A stretch of 63,850 nt of DNA, counting the filler. It is 4 parts of 4 records of this genome, joined end to end, with 100 filler letters (N's around TTAATTAATTAA, not from the genome) between each part and the next. Parts side by side here need not be neighbours in the genome. Positions count along the whole stretch, not along the records: positions 43,244 to 63,850 come from SRR20825006_1691; 3 more parts are not named here. The stretch is one strand, 5' to 3'. Below the pieces are notes generated by a model. That model saw nothing but the letters and a program-made list of their open reading frames with translations. It did not search any database and was not told where the DNA came from. Below, in pieces: positions 54,613 through 63,850 of this stretch. The position numbers and the translations under genes are program-made. Position 1 is the stretch's first letter. Each line of letters starts with the position of its first letter.

Positions 54613-55917
54613 TTATCGATTTTTTAAATAGGCTTTTAAATCGTCATAGCTTTTTATGGTAATACTTTTTTTATTCTTATCAATAACCGATTTAATCTGT
54701 TCTGGAATAGGAATTGTAACATCCAATGTATTTTCAACTACATCTAAAAATTTAACAGGATGTGCTGTTTCTAGAAAAACACCGGTACTGTTAGTATCAG
54801 CATTTAAATATTTTTTAAGTCCTAAATAACCAACCGCCCCATGTGGATCGGCTACATAACCAGAAGTTTTGTAAATAGCTTGCATTGTTTTTTTAGTGTC
54901 TTCATCGGTATAACTAAAAGAAGAAAATAGCTGATTTAATGCTTCAAAATTATTATCAAATAGTCTTTGAATACGAATAAAATTACTTGGATTTCCAACA
55001 TCCATTGCGTTTGATATGGTTTGCTTTGAAGGCTTCGGACTGTATTCTTGCGTAGCCATATATTGAGGAACGGTATCGTTAATATTTGTAGAAGCTACAA
55101 AGTGCTTAACTGGTAAGCCTAGTTTGTAAGCCATCATTCCGGCACAAATATTTCCAAAATTTCCGCTAGGAACAGAAAAAACCAACTCTTTGTTTTGCGA
55201 TTTTAATTGTTTGTACGCAAAGAAAAAGTAAAACATTTGAGGGAGCCAACGTGCCACATTAATAGAATTTGCAGAAGTTAAATTCTCTGCTGTTAAATTG
55301 CTATCTAAAAAAGCAGTTTTTACCATTTCCTGACAATCGTCAAATACGCCGTCTACTTCTAAAGCAGTGATGTTTTGACCGAGAGTGGTAAGTTGTTTTT
55401 CTTGAATATCGCTCACTTTTCCACTAGGATATAAAATAACTACTTCTACACCTTTTACCCCTAAAAATCCGCTTGCCACAGCGCCACCAGTATCTCCAGA
55501 AGTAGCTACTAAAACAGTTACAGTTTCTTCTTTTTTGTCTTTATTAAAATATCCTAAACAGCGTGCCATAAACCGAGCTCCTACATCTTTAAAAGCCATA
55601 GTTGGTCCGTGGAAGAGTTCTAAGGAATAGATATCTTCTTCTACTTTTACTGTTGGAAAATCGAAACATAATGTTTCTTTTACAATGTCTTTTAAAATAG
55701 CTGTAGGGATTTCGTTACCTACAAATTGTTGAATAACTTTAAAAGCTATTTCTTCATTACTAAAATCTTCAATATTTTCAATGAAGTTTTTATCTAACGG
55801 TTTTATTTCATTAGGAAAATAAAGACCTCTATCTGGTGCTATCCCTTTTACTACAGCGTCTTCAAAGCTTGTTAAGGTTTTGTTTTCTTGTGTATCGTTA
55901 AGGCTATAATATTTCAT
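54613..55917 (-). CDS. thrC: Threonine synthase
   Basis: 'ELFHGPTMAFKD', 'ATSGDTG', 'SANSIN', 'VPSGNFGN', 'TAHPVKF'. Confidence 0.97.
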   Translation of the reverse strand: MKYYSLNDTQENKTLTSFEDAVVKGIAPDRGLYFPNEIKPLDKNFIENIEDFSNEEIAFKVIQQFVGNEIPTAILKDIVKETLCFDFPTVKVEEDIYSLELFHGPTMAFKDVGARFMARCLGYFNKDKKEETVTVLVATSGDTGGAVASGFLGVKGVEVVILYPSGKVSDIQEKQLTTLGQNITALEVDGVFDDCQEMVKTAFLDSNLTAENLTSANSINVARWLPQMFYFFFAYKQLKSQNKELVFSVPSGNFGNICAGMMAYKLGLPVKHFVASTNINDTVPQYMATQEYSPKPSKQTISNAMDVGNPSNFIRIQRLFDNNFEALNQLFSSFSYTDEDTKKTMQAIYKTSGYVADPHGAVGYLGLKKYLNADTNSTGVFLETAHPVKFLDVVENTLDVTIPIPEQIKSVIDKNKKSITIKSYDDLKAYLKNR

Positions 55918-56013
55918 GTTTTATTTTTTGCTAATCGTTATTTTTTATTTGGGTCTATTTGCCAAAATAGGAGGATAGAATTATAAATAAATTCGGAAAT
56001 TCATCATTCAAAT

Positions 56014-56934
56014 TCATAATTCTTTAACTCCTTCGGTATTAATTTTTGATACATGTATATCGTAATCAACACCAAAATCTTTATATACTTCAGCCATTGC
56101 TTTTGCAACTTTTTTAGCTGTTTCTTCTCCTTTAGATAATGCAAAAATAGAAGGCCCAGAACCCGAAATTCCGCTACCCAGCGCTCCAGCATCCTTAGCA
56201 GCTTGTTTTGCCTTATAAAAGCCTGGAATTAAAGGGCTGCGCATAGGTTCTACAATTTCGTCGTGCAGGCATCTAGAGAGTAATCCGTAATCTTCAGTAT
56301 AAAGAGCGCTTACTAAACCTGCCAGATTTCCCCATTGGATAATTGCTTTTTTAAGAGGTATATTCTGCTTAATTACCGACCGTGCATCGGCAGTTTTTAC
56401 TTCTATCTGCGGATGTATAACGGTAGCAAAAATCTCTTTTGGAGTATGTAATTTTAAAACTTCAAAAGGTTCATATCCTTTTACCAGTGTAAAACCGCCA
56501 AGTAGGGCAGGAGCTACATTATCGGCATGTGGAGCTCCGCTTGCAAGCTCTTCTCCCATCATTGCAAATTCTACTAGTTTTTCTCTTGAAAAAGGCTCAC
56601 CGAGGAGTTTGTTTACTCCAAAAACGGCTCCTGCTGCACTGGCTGCGCTACTTCCAATTCCGCTTCCTGGTTTTATTTTTTTATTTATTTCGATTTCAAA
56701 ACCAAAGGTGGTTTCTACTTCTTTAAGTAATGCAAGTACAGCAACTCCTGCTACATTTTTTTCGGCTTCAAGTGGTAAATCTTGACCTATTATTTTGGAA
56801 ATTCGAACTCCTTTTTCTGGCATTTTTCTAATCGTCATTTCATCGCCAGTACTGTCTAAACAAAGTCCTAAAACATCAAAACCACAAGAAACATTGGCTA
56901 TGGTTGCTGGGCAGAATAATTTTATCTCATTCAT
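56014..56934 (-). CDS. thrB: Homoserine kinase
   Basis: 'PATIANVSCGFDVLG', 'GSGIGSSAAS', 'HADNVAP', 'ISGSGP'. Confidence 0.96.
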   Translation of the reverse strand: MNEIKLFCPATIANVSCGFDVLGLCLDSTGDEMTIRKMPEKGVRISKIIGQDLPLEAEKNVAGVAVLALLKEVETTFGFEIEINKKIKPGSGIGSSAASAAGAVFGVNKLLGEPFSREKLVEFAMMGEELASGAPHADNVAPALLGGFTLVKGYEPFEVLKLHTPKEIFATVIHPQIEVKTADARSVIKQNIPLKKAIIQWGNLAGLVSALYTEDYGLLSRCLHDEIVEPMRSPLIPGFYKAKQAAKDAGALGSGISGSGPSIFALSKGEETAKKVAKAMAEVYKDFGVDYDIHVSKINTEGVKEL

Positions 56935-57048
56935 TTTTATAAAAATTAACTCACTAAGTGAGATTTTAAAGCTTCTTTCTAATGCCTCGAAATATAATCA
57001 TGAGGGAATTGATTAAGCCTTGGGTGTTTGTAAATTTTAATTAGTCGA

Positions 57049-59496
57049 TTAAAAATTACCAATCCTTATAATGTCTGCAAAAATACCTGAAGCAGTAACA
57101 TCTGCACCAGCACCAGCACCTTTAATTAATAGAGGTTGCTCGCTATATCTTTCCGTAAAAAATAATACTATATTGTCGCTACCCTCTAAATTATAAAATG
57201 GATGGTCTATTGGGATGTGTTGTAGTCCAACTTTTGCTTTTCCATTTTCGAACTGTGCTACATATTTTAAACGACAATCTTTATCGGCAGCGGCTTTATA
57301 AATACTATCAAAATGATCTTTATATTTAACTAAAGATTTTAAGAAGTCTTCAACATTTGTTGTTTCCAAGCTTTCCTGAGGAAGAAAAGATTCATTTTCG
57401 ATTTGTTCGATATCCAGTTCGTTACCACTTTCTCGAGCAAGGATTAATATTTTTCGCATTACATCAACCCCACTTAAATCGATTTTTGGATCTGGTTCTG
57501 TGTATCCTTCTTCTTGCGCTTGTTTTACCACTTCATCAAAATTAGTTTGATTATTAAAGTTATTAAATACAAAATTTAAGCTTCCAGAAAGGACTGCTTG
57601 AATTTTAGTGATTTTATCTCCCGAAGCAATTAGATTTTTTAGGGTGTCGATAATAGGAAGTCCCGCACCAACATTAGTTTCGAATAGGAAAGGGGCGTTG
57701 TATTGTCTAGAAAGTTCCTTTAAATGAATATAGTTCTTATATGGCGAGGAAGCGGCAATTTTATTACAAGTAACTACAGAAATACTATCGTTTAAATACT
57801 TTTCATAGGTGTTTGCAACCACTTCGTTTGCTGTGTTGTCTACAAAAATACTGTTGCGTAAATTGAGTTCTTTTACTTTACTGAAAAAAACATCTAAACC
57901 TGTTTGTTCTCCATTTTCCAACTGTTCTTTCCAATTCTGCAAGTCGAGTCCGTTTTCATTGAAAACCATTTTTCTAGAATTAGATAAGGCTACAACACGA
58001 ATATTGAGTTTTAATTGTTTCTTTAAAAACTTACGTTGTTTTTCTATCTGAGCTAAAAATTTCTCTCCTACATTACCAACGCCCATAACAAATAAGTTTA
58101 GTTGTTTTACGTTGTCTTCAAAAAATTGTTCATGTAGGGTGTTTAATGCTTTTTTAACATCGTTTTTATTGATAACTGCCGAGATGTTTCTCTCAGAAGC
58201 TCCTTGTGCAATAGCACGAATATTGACATTGTTTTTTCCTAAAGCGCTAAACATGCGTCCGCTAAGTCCTTGGTGACTCTTCATGTTGTCTCCCACCAAG
58301 GCAACAATTGCTAAATCATTTTCAACCACAACAGGGTTGATTTTCTTCAGACTCATTTCATATTCAAATGCTTTTTCTAGAGCATTTTTAGCTTTTTCAG
58401 CATCCGTAGAAGCTACTCCAATGCAAATAGAATGCTCTGATGATGCTTGTGTAATAAATACAACACTTACTTTTGCTTCAGATAATACTTCAAAGAAACG
58501 CTTGGAAATACCAGGGATTCCAACCATACCTGTTCCTTCTAGAGAGATTAAAGAGATGTTTTCTACATGACTAATTCCTCTAACAGCACGGGCTTTCCCG
58601 TTGGTGTTTTTAGTAATTAATGTGCCTTCCTCTTCTGGAGCAAATGTGTTTTTTATGTGTATTGAAATTCCTTTTGAAAGTACAGGTTGGATAGTTGGTG
58701 GATATAAAACCTTGGCTCCAAAATGCGATAATTCCATAGCTTCTTCATAAGAAATGTGTGGAATAGCAAAAGCTTGTTTAACCAATTTAGGATTGGCAGT
58801 ATACATACCACTTACGTCTGTCCATATTTCTAGTGCATCTGCCTGAACAGCCGCAGCAATAATAGCAGCGGTATAGTCGGATCCACCGCGACCTAAAGTT
58901 GTGGATTCTCCTTTTGAGGAAGAGGCAACAAAGCCAGGAACTACAATTAATTGATAGGTAACTGTTCCAAAATAATTTTCGCAAAGTTCGTTTGTAGTTT
59001 TAAAATCTACTGTTGCTTTACCAAAATCATCATCAGTTTTTATGAGTGTTTTGCTGTCTTTATGAACGCTTTCTAATCCTTCTTTTATAAAATATTCATT
59101 AATTATAAAGGAAGAAAGTAATTCTCCATAGCCAACAATTTTATCCAAAAGCTTAGGAGTAATTTCGCCAATTAAAAAAGCACCTTCAAGTAAGGTTTCT
59201 AGTACATTTAGCTCACGCTTGATGTTGCTTATTACTTTACTTTGATTGTTGATGTCTATTAACTCTTGCGCTGTATTGATATGTCTTGCTTCAATTTCTT
59301 CAAGAACTTGCTTGTATGTTTCGTCTTGAGCAGCAGCTAGTAGAGAAGCTTTTACAAGCATATCTGTTACTCCACCAAAAGCGGAAACTACAATAACAGC
59401 TTTTTCTGTGTTAGAAGCTTTTGCAGCTATATTTTTTACCTTTTCTATATTCTGTGCATTAGCGACCGAAGTGCCGCCAAATTTTAATACTTTCAT
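57049..59496 (-). CDS. thrA: Bifunctional aspartokinase/homoserine dehydrogenase I
   Basis: 'KFGGTSV', 'LGRGGSDY', ACT domains, 'GVGNVG', 'ETNVGAGLP', 'GYTEPDP..DLSG.D', 'GAGA.VTA'. Confidence 0.97.
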   Translation of the reverse strand: MKVLKFGGTSVANAQNIEKVKNIAAKASNTEKAVIVVSAFGGVTDMLVKASLLAAAQDETYKQVLEEIEARHINTAQELIDINNQSKVISNIKRELNVLETLLEGAFLIGEITPKLLDKIVGYGELLSSFIINEYFIKEGLESVHKDSKTLIKTDDDFGKATVDFKTTNELCENYFGTVTYQLIVVPGFVASSSKGESTTLGRGGSDYTAAIIAAAVQADALEIWTDVSGMYTANPKLVKQAFAIPHISYEEAMELSHFGAKVLYPPTIQPVLSKGISIHIKNTFAPEEEGTLITKNTNGKARAVRGISHVENISLISLEGTGMVGIPGISKRFFEVLSEAKVSVVFITQASSEHSICIGVASTDAEKAKNALEKAFEYEMSLKKINPVVVENDLAIVALVGDNMKSHQGLSGRMFSALGKNNVNIRAIAQGASERNISAVINKNDVKKALNTLHEQFFEDNVKQLNLFVMGVGNVGEKFLAQIEKQRKFLKKQLKLNIRVVALSNSRKMVFNENGLDLQNWKEQLENGEQTGLDVFFSKVKELNLRNSIFVDNTANEVVANTYEKYLNDSISVVTCNKIAASSPYKNYIHLKELSRQYNAPFLFETNVGAGLPIIDTLKNLIASGDKITKIQAVLSGSLNFVFNNFNNQTNFDEVVKQAQEEGYTEPDPKIDLSGVDVMRKILILARESGNELDIEQIENESFLPQESLETTNVEDFLKSLVKYKDHFDSIYKAAADKDCRLKYVAQFENGKAKVGLQHIPIDHPFYNLEGSDNIVLFFTERYSEQPLLIKGAGAGADVTASGIFADIIRIGNF

Positions 59497-59754
59497 CTGT
59501 TAGTTTTTTTTGTATTTCGGGGTCTTCCTTTTTGAAAACAACCCAAAATGGTATTTATTAGTTTGGTTGATTTAAATTTTATGGCGTTTATGAGATAATT
59601 ATGATTTGTACGAAAACTCAACGTTAAAAATTTGTTTTGAATGCTGCAATAAGCTACTTTATTATATTGATGCTTGTATTGTTGCATTGGTAAAATTTCT
59701 ATAACTGAAAATTTTTATGTTTGGATTCAAACAAATATAATATATGGACGATAT

Positions 59755-59781
59755 GAAAAAAGTTATACCCCAAAAGGGGTA
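59755..59781 (-). terminator. Attenuator hairpin overlapping the end of the leader peptide
   Basis: Minus strand TACCCC-TTTT-GGGGTA, then TAAC and a T run. Confidence 0.6.
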
Positions 59782-59870
59782 ATAATAGTAGTGTTACGAA
59801 TAATTGCAATAATACACGTATTCTCAGAAGAGAATATAGAAGTAGTATGTATGTTATTAAAACTTTGCAT
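59763..59870 (-). CDS. thrL: thr operon leader peptide (35 aa, Thr/Ile-rich)
   Basis: MQSFNNIHTTSIFSSENTCIIAIIRNTTIITPFGV: 6 Thr + 8 Ile, upstream of thrA on the same strand. Confidence 0.8.
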   Translation of the reverse strand: MQSFNNIHTTSIFSSENTCIIAIIRNTTIITPFGV

Positions 59871-59891
59871 GTGTTTACTCGTAATAGAGTT

Positions 59892-59899
59892 CAAATGTA
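59892..59899 (-). promoter_or_regulatory. Bacteroidota -7 promoter element for thrL-thrABC
   Basis: TACATTTG on the minus strand, about 21 nt upstream of the leader ATG. Confidence 0.65.
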
Positions 59900-59974
59900 G
59901 TACTTTTATAGTATTAAAAAAACTAAATGTTTATTATTAAGAATTTAATAATTTAACTAAAGAATTATTGTATA

Positions 59975-61522
59975 ATGAAGATTTTTTCAACGGAACAGAT
60001 ACGTGTTGCTGATAAATTAACAATCGAAAGACAAAATATAACTAGTGATGCCTTAATGGAAAGAGCGGGAAAAGCTATTTATAATTGGATGAATAGGCAA
60101 TTAGCAAACAGTGGAGTAAAAATTCACATTTTCTGTGGAGTAGGAAATAATGGAGGAGATGGTTTGGTGGTTGGGCGCCTTTTGCTTGAACAAGGTTATG
60201 ATGTAAATGTGTATGTTGTAAATTTTAGCGATAACAGGTCGCAAGATTTTTTACTGAATTTTGACAGAATTAAAAATTTAAAATATTGGCCACAACTTTT
60301 AACAAAAAATGACGATTTACCTTCTGTAGGAATTAATGATGTTGTAGTTGATGCCATTTTTGGAATAGGACTTAACCGACCTGCAGAAAATTGGGTGGCT
60401 GCACTTATTACCCATATTAATAAATCAAAAGCGTTTGTACTTTCTGTAGATATTCCATCAGGACTTTATATGGATAAAGCTGTAGGAAAAAATGATGCAA
60501 TTATCAAGTCAAATTACACGCTTACATTTCAGTTGCCAAAGCTTGTTTTTTTGCTTCCAGAAACTGGGATTTATACGGAGTATTGGGAGGTTTTAGATAT
60601 TGGTCAAGATGCTGAGTATTTATTTAAAGAGCCTGCCAATGAGAATTATGTTAGTAAATTTGATGTATTGCAAGTGTATAAGCCTAGAGGGCGTTTTTCT
60701 CATAAAGGAAATTATGGACATACATTAATTATAGGAGGAAGCTACGGAAAAATTGGGGCAGTACTTATGTCAAGTGAGGCTTCTATGCATGCTGGAGCAG
60801 GTTTAGTAACTGTTTTTATTCCTAAATGCGGTTATCAAACTGTTCAAACTGCATTTCCAGAGGCTATGGTTGTGACAGATAAAAATGAAGCGTATGTTTC
60901 GGATATTAAATTTGATATTAATCCGTCTGTAATTGCAATTGGACCAGGGATGGGGAAACATGCAGAAACAGTTGATGCTTTCCATCAATTTTTACTTCAG
61001 AATGATAAACCTTTAGTAGTGGATGCGGATGCTTTAAATATTATTTCAGAAAATAAAAAATTACTCCCCTACATAAAAGGAAGAGCTGTATTGACGCCGC
61101 ATCCAAAAGAATTGGAAAGACTTATAGGGAGCTGGAAGGATGATTTTGATAAATTGAAGAAAACAAAACTGTTTTCAAAAGAAAATGATGTAGTTATTTT
61201 GATAAAAGGAGCCTATACCGCTACAGTATATCATGACAAAGTATTTTTTAATTCTACAGGTAATCCAGGGATGGCAACTGGAGGTAGTGGCGATGTGTTA
61301 ACGGGAATTATAGCAGGATTAATAGCACAAGGCTATAGTCTTTTTAACGCGGCTTTTGTAGGAGTTTATATTCACGGTCGTGCAGGGGATTTGGCAGTAC
61401 TTAGATCGGGGGTAGAGGCTTTAACAGCTACCGATATTATAGATTTTACAGGGGATGCTTTTCTTGATTTATTGAAAAAAAACAAAAAAGATTATCAAGA
61501 AAAACCTGATAATGCTTCATAA
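59975..61522 (+). CDS. nnr: Bifunctional NAD(P)H-hydrate epimerase/dehydratase (NnrE-NnrD)
   Basis: 'LMERAG', 'GNNGGDG', 'DAIFGIG', 'DIPSG', 'HKGNYG', 'VVDADAL', 'TPHPKE', 'GNPGMATGGSGDVL'. Confidence 0.95.
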   Translation: MKIFSTEQIRVADKLTIERQNITSDALMERAGKAIYNWMNRQLANSGVKIHIFCGVGNNGGDGLVVGRLLLEQGYDVNVYVVNFSDNRSQDFLLNFDRIKNLKYWPQLLTKNDDLPSVGINDVVVDAIFGIGLNRPAENWVAALITHINKSKAFVLSVDIPSGLYMDKAVGKNDAIIKSNYTLTFQLPKLVFLLPETGIYTEYWEVLDIGQDAEYLFKEPANENYVSKFDVLQVYKPRGRFSHKGNYGHTLIIGGSYGKIGAVLMSSEASMHAGAGLVTVFIPKCGYQTVQTAFPEAMVVTDKNEAYVSDIKFDINPSVIAIGPGMGKHAETVDAFHQFLLQNDKPLVVDADALNIISENKKLLPYIKGRAVLTPHPKELERLIGSWKDDFDKLKKTKLFSKENDVVILIKGAYTATVYHDKVFFNSTGNPGMATGGSGDVLTGIIAGLIAQGYSLFNAAFVGVYIHGRAGDLAVLRSGVEALTATDIIDFTGDAFLDLLKKNKKDYQEKPDNAS

Positions 61523-61611
61523 AGAATAAGGATTAGGTTAATTATTTGTATTTACTTGTATAAGTATTTTGTAATGCAGATTTTTGGGTGTTTTTAACTA
61601 TTTAAAAGGGA

Positions 61612-63123
61612 ATGGATAATTTTTACTATATAAGTGCCGATGTATTAGATATTGAAACAATCTCTAATGTAATAGATAATAAACTAAAGCTGAAACTCTC
61701 TGATGAAGCTAAAGTTAATATTGAAAATTGTAGAAAGTACTTAGATCATAAAATTACGACTAATAAAAAGCCTGTGTATGGAATTAACACTGGTTTTGGG
61801 TCTTTATGTAATGTAAAAATAGCCGATAGTCACCTAAGTAAACTACAAGAAAATTTGGTGATGTCTCATGCTTGTGGAACAGGAGAACAGGTTCCAGAGC
61901 AAATAGTTAAGTTGATGTTGTTGCTTAAAATTCAGTCTTTGAGTTATGGGCATAGTGGGGTGCAGCTAGACACCGTTTGTAGGTTAATAGATTTTTATAA
62001 TGAAGATATTCTTCCTGTTGTTTTTACGCAAGGTTCTTTAGGGGCTTCTGGAGATTTAGCTCCTTTAGCTCATCTAGCATTGCCATTATTAGGAAAAGGA
62101 GAGGTAAATTATAAAGGAAAAAAAGTAGCTTCAGAGAAAGTACTTAAAGAGAAAGGCTGGAATCCTATTATATTACAGTCTAAAGAAGGTTTGGCTTTAC
62201 TAAACGGGACTCAATTTATGAGTGCTTATGGAGTATGGTGTATTATAAATGGTTATAGGCTTTCTTATTTGGCAGATTTAGTCGGGACAATGTCTTTAGA
62301 TGCTTTTAATGGTCTAACAGAGCCTTTTAATAAACTAATCCATTTAGTGCGTCCTCACAGAGGGCAAATTAAAACAGCGGCCAGAATTCTTGAGTTTATT
62401 GAAGGGAGCGAGATAGCGGTGCAACCAAAAACACAAGTCCAAGATCCGTATTCTTTTAGATGTATGCCGCAAGTGCATGGCGCATCCAAAGATGTGTTAG
62501 CGCATGTGCGGAAGGTGTTTAAAACTGAAATTAATTCGGTAACCGACAATCCTAATATTTTTGTTGAACAAGACGAAATACTGTCCGGAGGAAATTTCCA
62601 TGGACAGCCTTTGGCAATGGCTTTAGATTATTTGGGGATTGCTTTGGCAGAATGGGGGAGTATATCGGAAAGAAGAACCTATCAATTAATATCTGGGCAA
62701 AGAGGATTGCCTTCCTTTTTGGTAAACGATCCTGGTTTGAATTCCGGATTTATGATTCCTCAATATACCGCAGCAAGTATTGTGAGTCAGAATAAGCAAT
62801 TAGCAACGCCAGCTAGTGTAGATTCAATAGTTTCTTCAAATGGACAAGAAGATCATGTAAGTATGGGAGCTAATGCGGCTACCAAATGCTTTAAAATTAT
62901 GGAGAATTTAAAATCTATTTTAGCGATAGAATTATTAAATGCTTCACAGGCATTAGCATTTAGGCGTCCTGCAAAGTCTTCTTCTATTATTGAAAATTAC
63001 TTTGAAGCATATACTAAAGAAGTTCCATTTGTAGATAAAGATAGAGTGTTCCATAACGATATTATGAAAACTATTAAGTTTATGGAAACTACCGTTGTAA
63101 CTTCAGATATGTATAAGGATTAA
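61612..63123 (+). CDS. hutH: Histidine ammonia-lyase
   Basis: 'YGINTGFG', MIO-forming 'GASGDL', 'KEGLALLNGT', 'QDPYSFRC', 'GGNFHGQP', 'QEDHVSMG'. Confidence 0.96.
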   Translation: MDNFYYISADVLDIETISNVIDNKLKLKLSDEAKVNIENCRKYLDHKITTNKKPVYGINTGFGSLCNVKIADSHLSKLQENLVMSHACGTGEQVPEQIVKLMLLLKIQSLSYGHSGVQLDTVCRLIDFYNEDILPVVFTQGSLGASGDLAPLAHLALPLLGKGEVNYKGKKVASEKVLKEKGWNPIILQSKEGLALLNGTQFMSAYGVWCIINGYRLSYLADLVGTMSLDAFNGLTEPFNKLIHLVRPHRGQIKTAARILEFIEGSEIAVQPKTQVQDPYSFRCMPQVHGASKDVLAHVRKVFKTEINSVTDNPNIFVEQDEILSGGNFHGQPLAMALDYLGIALAEWGSISERRTYQLISGQRGLPSFLVNDPGLNSGFMIPQYTAASIVSQNKQLATPASVDSIVSSNGQEDHVSMGANAATKCFKIMENLKSILAIELLNASQALAFRRPAKSSSIIENYFEAYTKEVPFVDKDRVFHNDIMKTIKFMETTVVTSDMYKD

Positions 63124-63210
63124 GAGCGGGTAATTATTTATTAGAAGAAAATAAGATATCGACTTAGGTAGAAGTTTTGGAGTAGGGATGTTTTGATTAT
63201 CGAGTAAAAT

Positions 63211-63594
63211 TTAATCAATAACCCATTCTACAGCACTTTCAATACTTTTAAAAAATTTCATTTCTTTTCCGTAAAAATATTTTTCAATTTTGAAATTGTG
63301 TTTATATAATTCTTTGTCAGAAACAATAGCCATTTTTGTAAGGTTGTCTATTTCTCTAATGTAGTTATAAAGGACAGGATTTATTGCATAAGAATTTTTG
63401 CGAAGGGAGATATATGCAAAATCTTTATTTCGAAAATGCATATCGGCTATAGATGTTAGATCGGATAAATTTTCAAGAGAGAGGTCGATACTATCGTTAA
63501 TTACACCAATAGCAAACTTTGGATATATTTCTATATATCCAAAATCAAGCTCATAGGCTTTGATTAAAGTGTGTGTAGTGTCTAACGCTGTCAT
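63211..63594 (-). CDS. Small STAS/SpoIIAA-like hypothetical protein
   Basis: 127 aa, 'YISLRKNSYAINP', 'AIVS', 'F.SIESAVEW'. Confidence 0.65.
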   Translation of the reverse strand: MTALDTTHTLIKAYELDFGYIEIYPKFAIGVINDSIDLSLENLSDLTSIADMHFRNKDFAYISLRKNSYAINPVLYNYIREIDNLTKMAIVSDKELYKHNFKIEKYFYGKEMKFFKSIESAVEWVID

Positions 63595-63773
63595 GCGGCA
63601 AAAGTAAATCTAATCCATTTCTTTTTTTATTTTTAAGCTTAATTTTAGATTAACTACATTAATTGTTAGTTAAATTGATGTTTTTTATTTTTTAAAATTT
63701 TGATTTCTTCGTAAGGGAATGGCAGATTTTCCAGTGTTTGTTTTGGGCGTATAGAAGGAAATTGTATTGAAAT

Positions 63774-63800
63774 AAAAAAGACTGCCTTTTCAGACAGCCT
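63774..63800 (-). terminator. Intrinsic terminator of a gene beyond the right edge of the window
   Basis: Minus strand AGGCUGUCU-GAAA-AGGCAGUCU (G-U pairs, GNRA loop), followed by a U run. Confidence 0.6.
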
Positions 63801-63850
63801 CCTTGAGTTTTTTATGACCAAAAAAATAGCTTTTTTAAAGTAAATCCCGC

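Noticed and set aside
59493-59940. ORFs 59493..59687 (-) and 59674..59940 (+)
   Set aside because: They lie in the thr leader/promoter region; the 35-aa Thr/Ile leader on the minus strand explains it better.
61612-63123. hutH without adjacent hutU/I/G as unusual
   Set aside because: Dispersed hut genes are common in Flavobacteriaceae.

Overview
The window is not one contiguous locus. It is four contigs joined by artificial 100-bp spacers (N-run/TTAATTAATTAA/N-run at 5823-5922, 14839-14938, 43144-43243). Three contigs (1-5822, 5923-14838, 43244-63850) are AT-rich Flavobacteriaceae-type chromosome. They carry AIM24/TIGR00266, an aldehyde dehydrogenase, pxpABC, a surface-polysaccharide glycosyltransferase cluster, LytTR, OmpA/MotB, an MFS transporter, a P1B-ATPase, SusC/SusD plus a VCBS/ASPIC protein, thrABC with an unannotated Thr/Ile-rich leader peptide, nnr and hutH. 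The 28.2-kb contig 14939-43143 is much more GC-rich, uses Shine-Dalgarno sites and looks like a nearly complete gammaproteobacterial conjugative plasmid. It has a Rep_3 replicon with a DnaA box and iterons, a ResD-like tyrosine resolvase with a candidate res site, KfrA, SRAP, and a MOBF trwABC-like module with an R388-like nic site. Its T4SS is stripped down: no VirB11 or VirB1, and VirB4 has altered Walker motifs. The most unusual elements are (i) a four-gene surface module directly downstream of the T4SS (tandem-KorA regulator, outer-membrane beta-barrel, two paralogous Ig-repeat lipoproteins) and (ii) extended iteron copies far from oriV that bracket or precede genes for small secreted Cys-containing proteins, like cassette boundaries. 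All family assignments come from motif recognition by eye; no searches were run.
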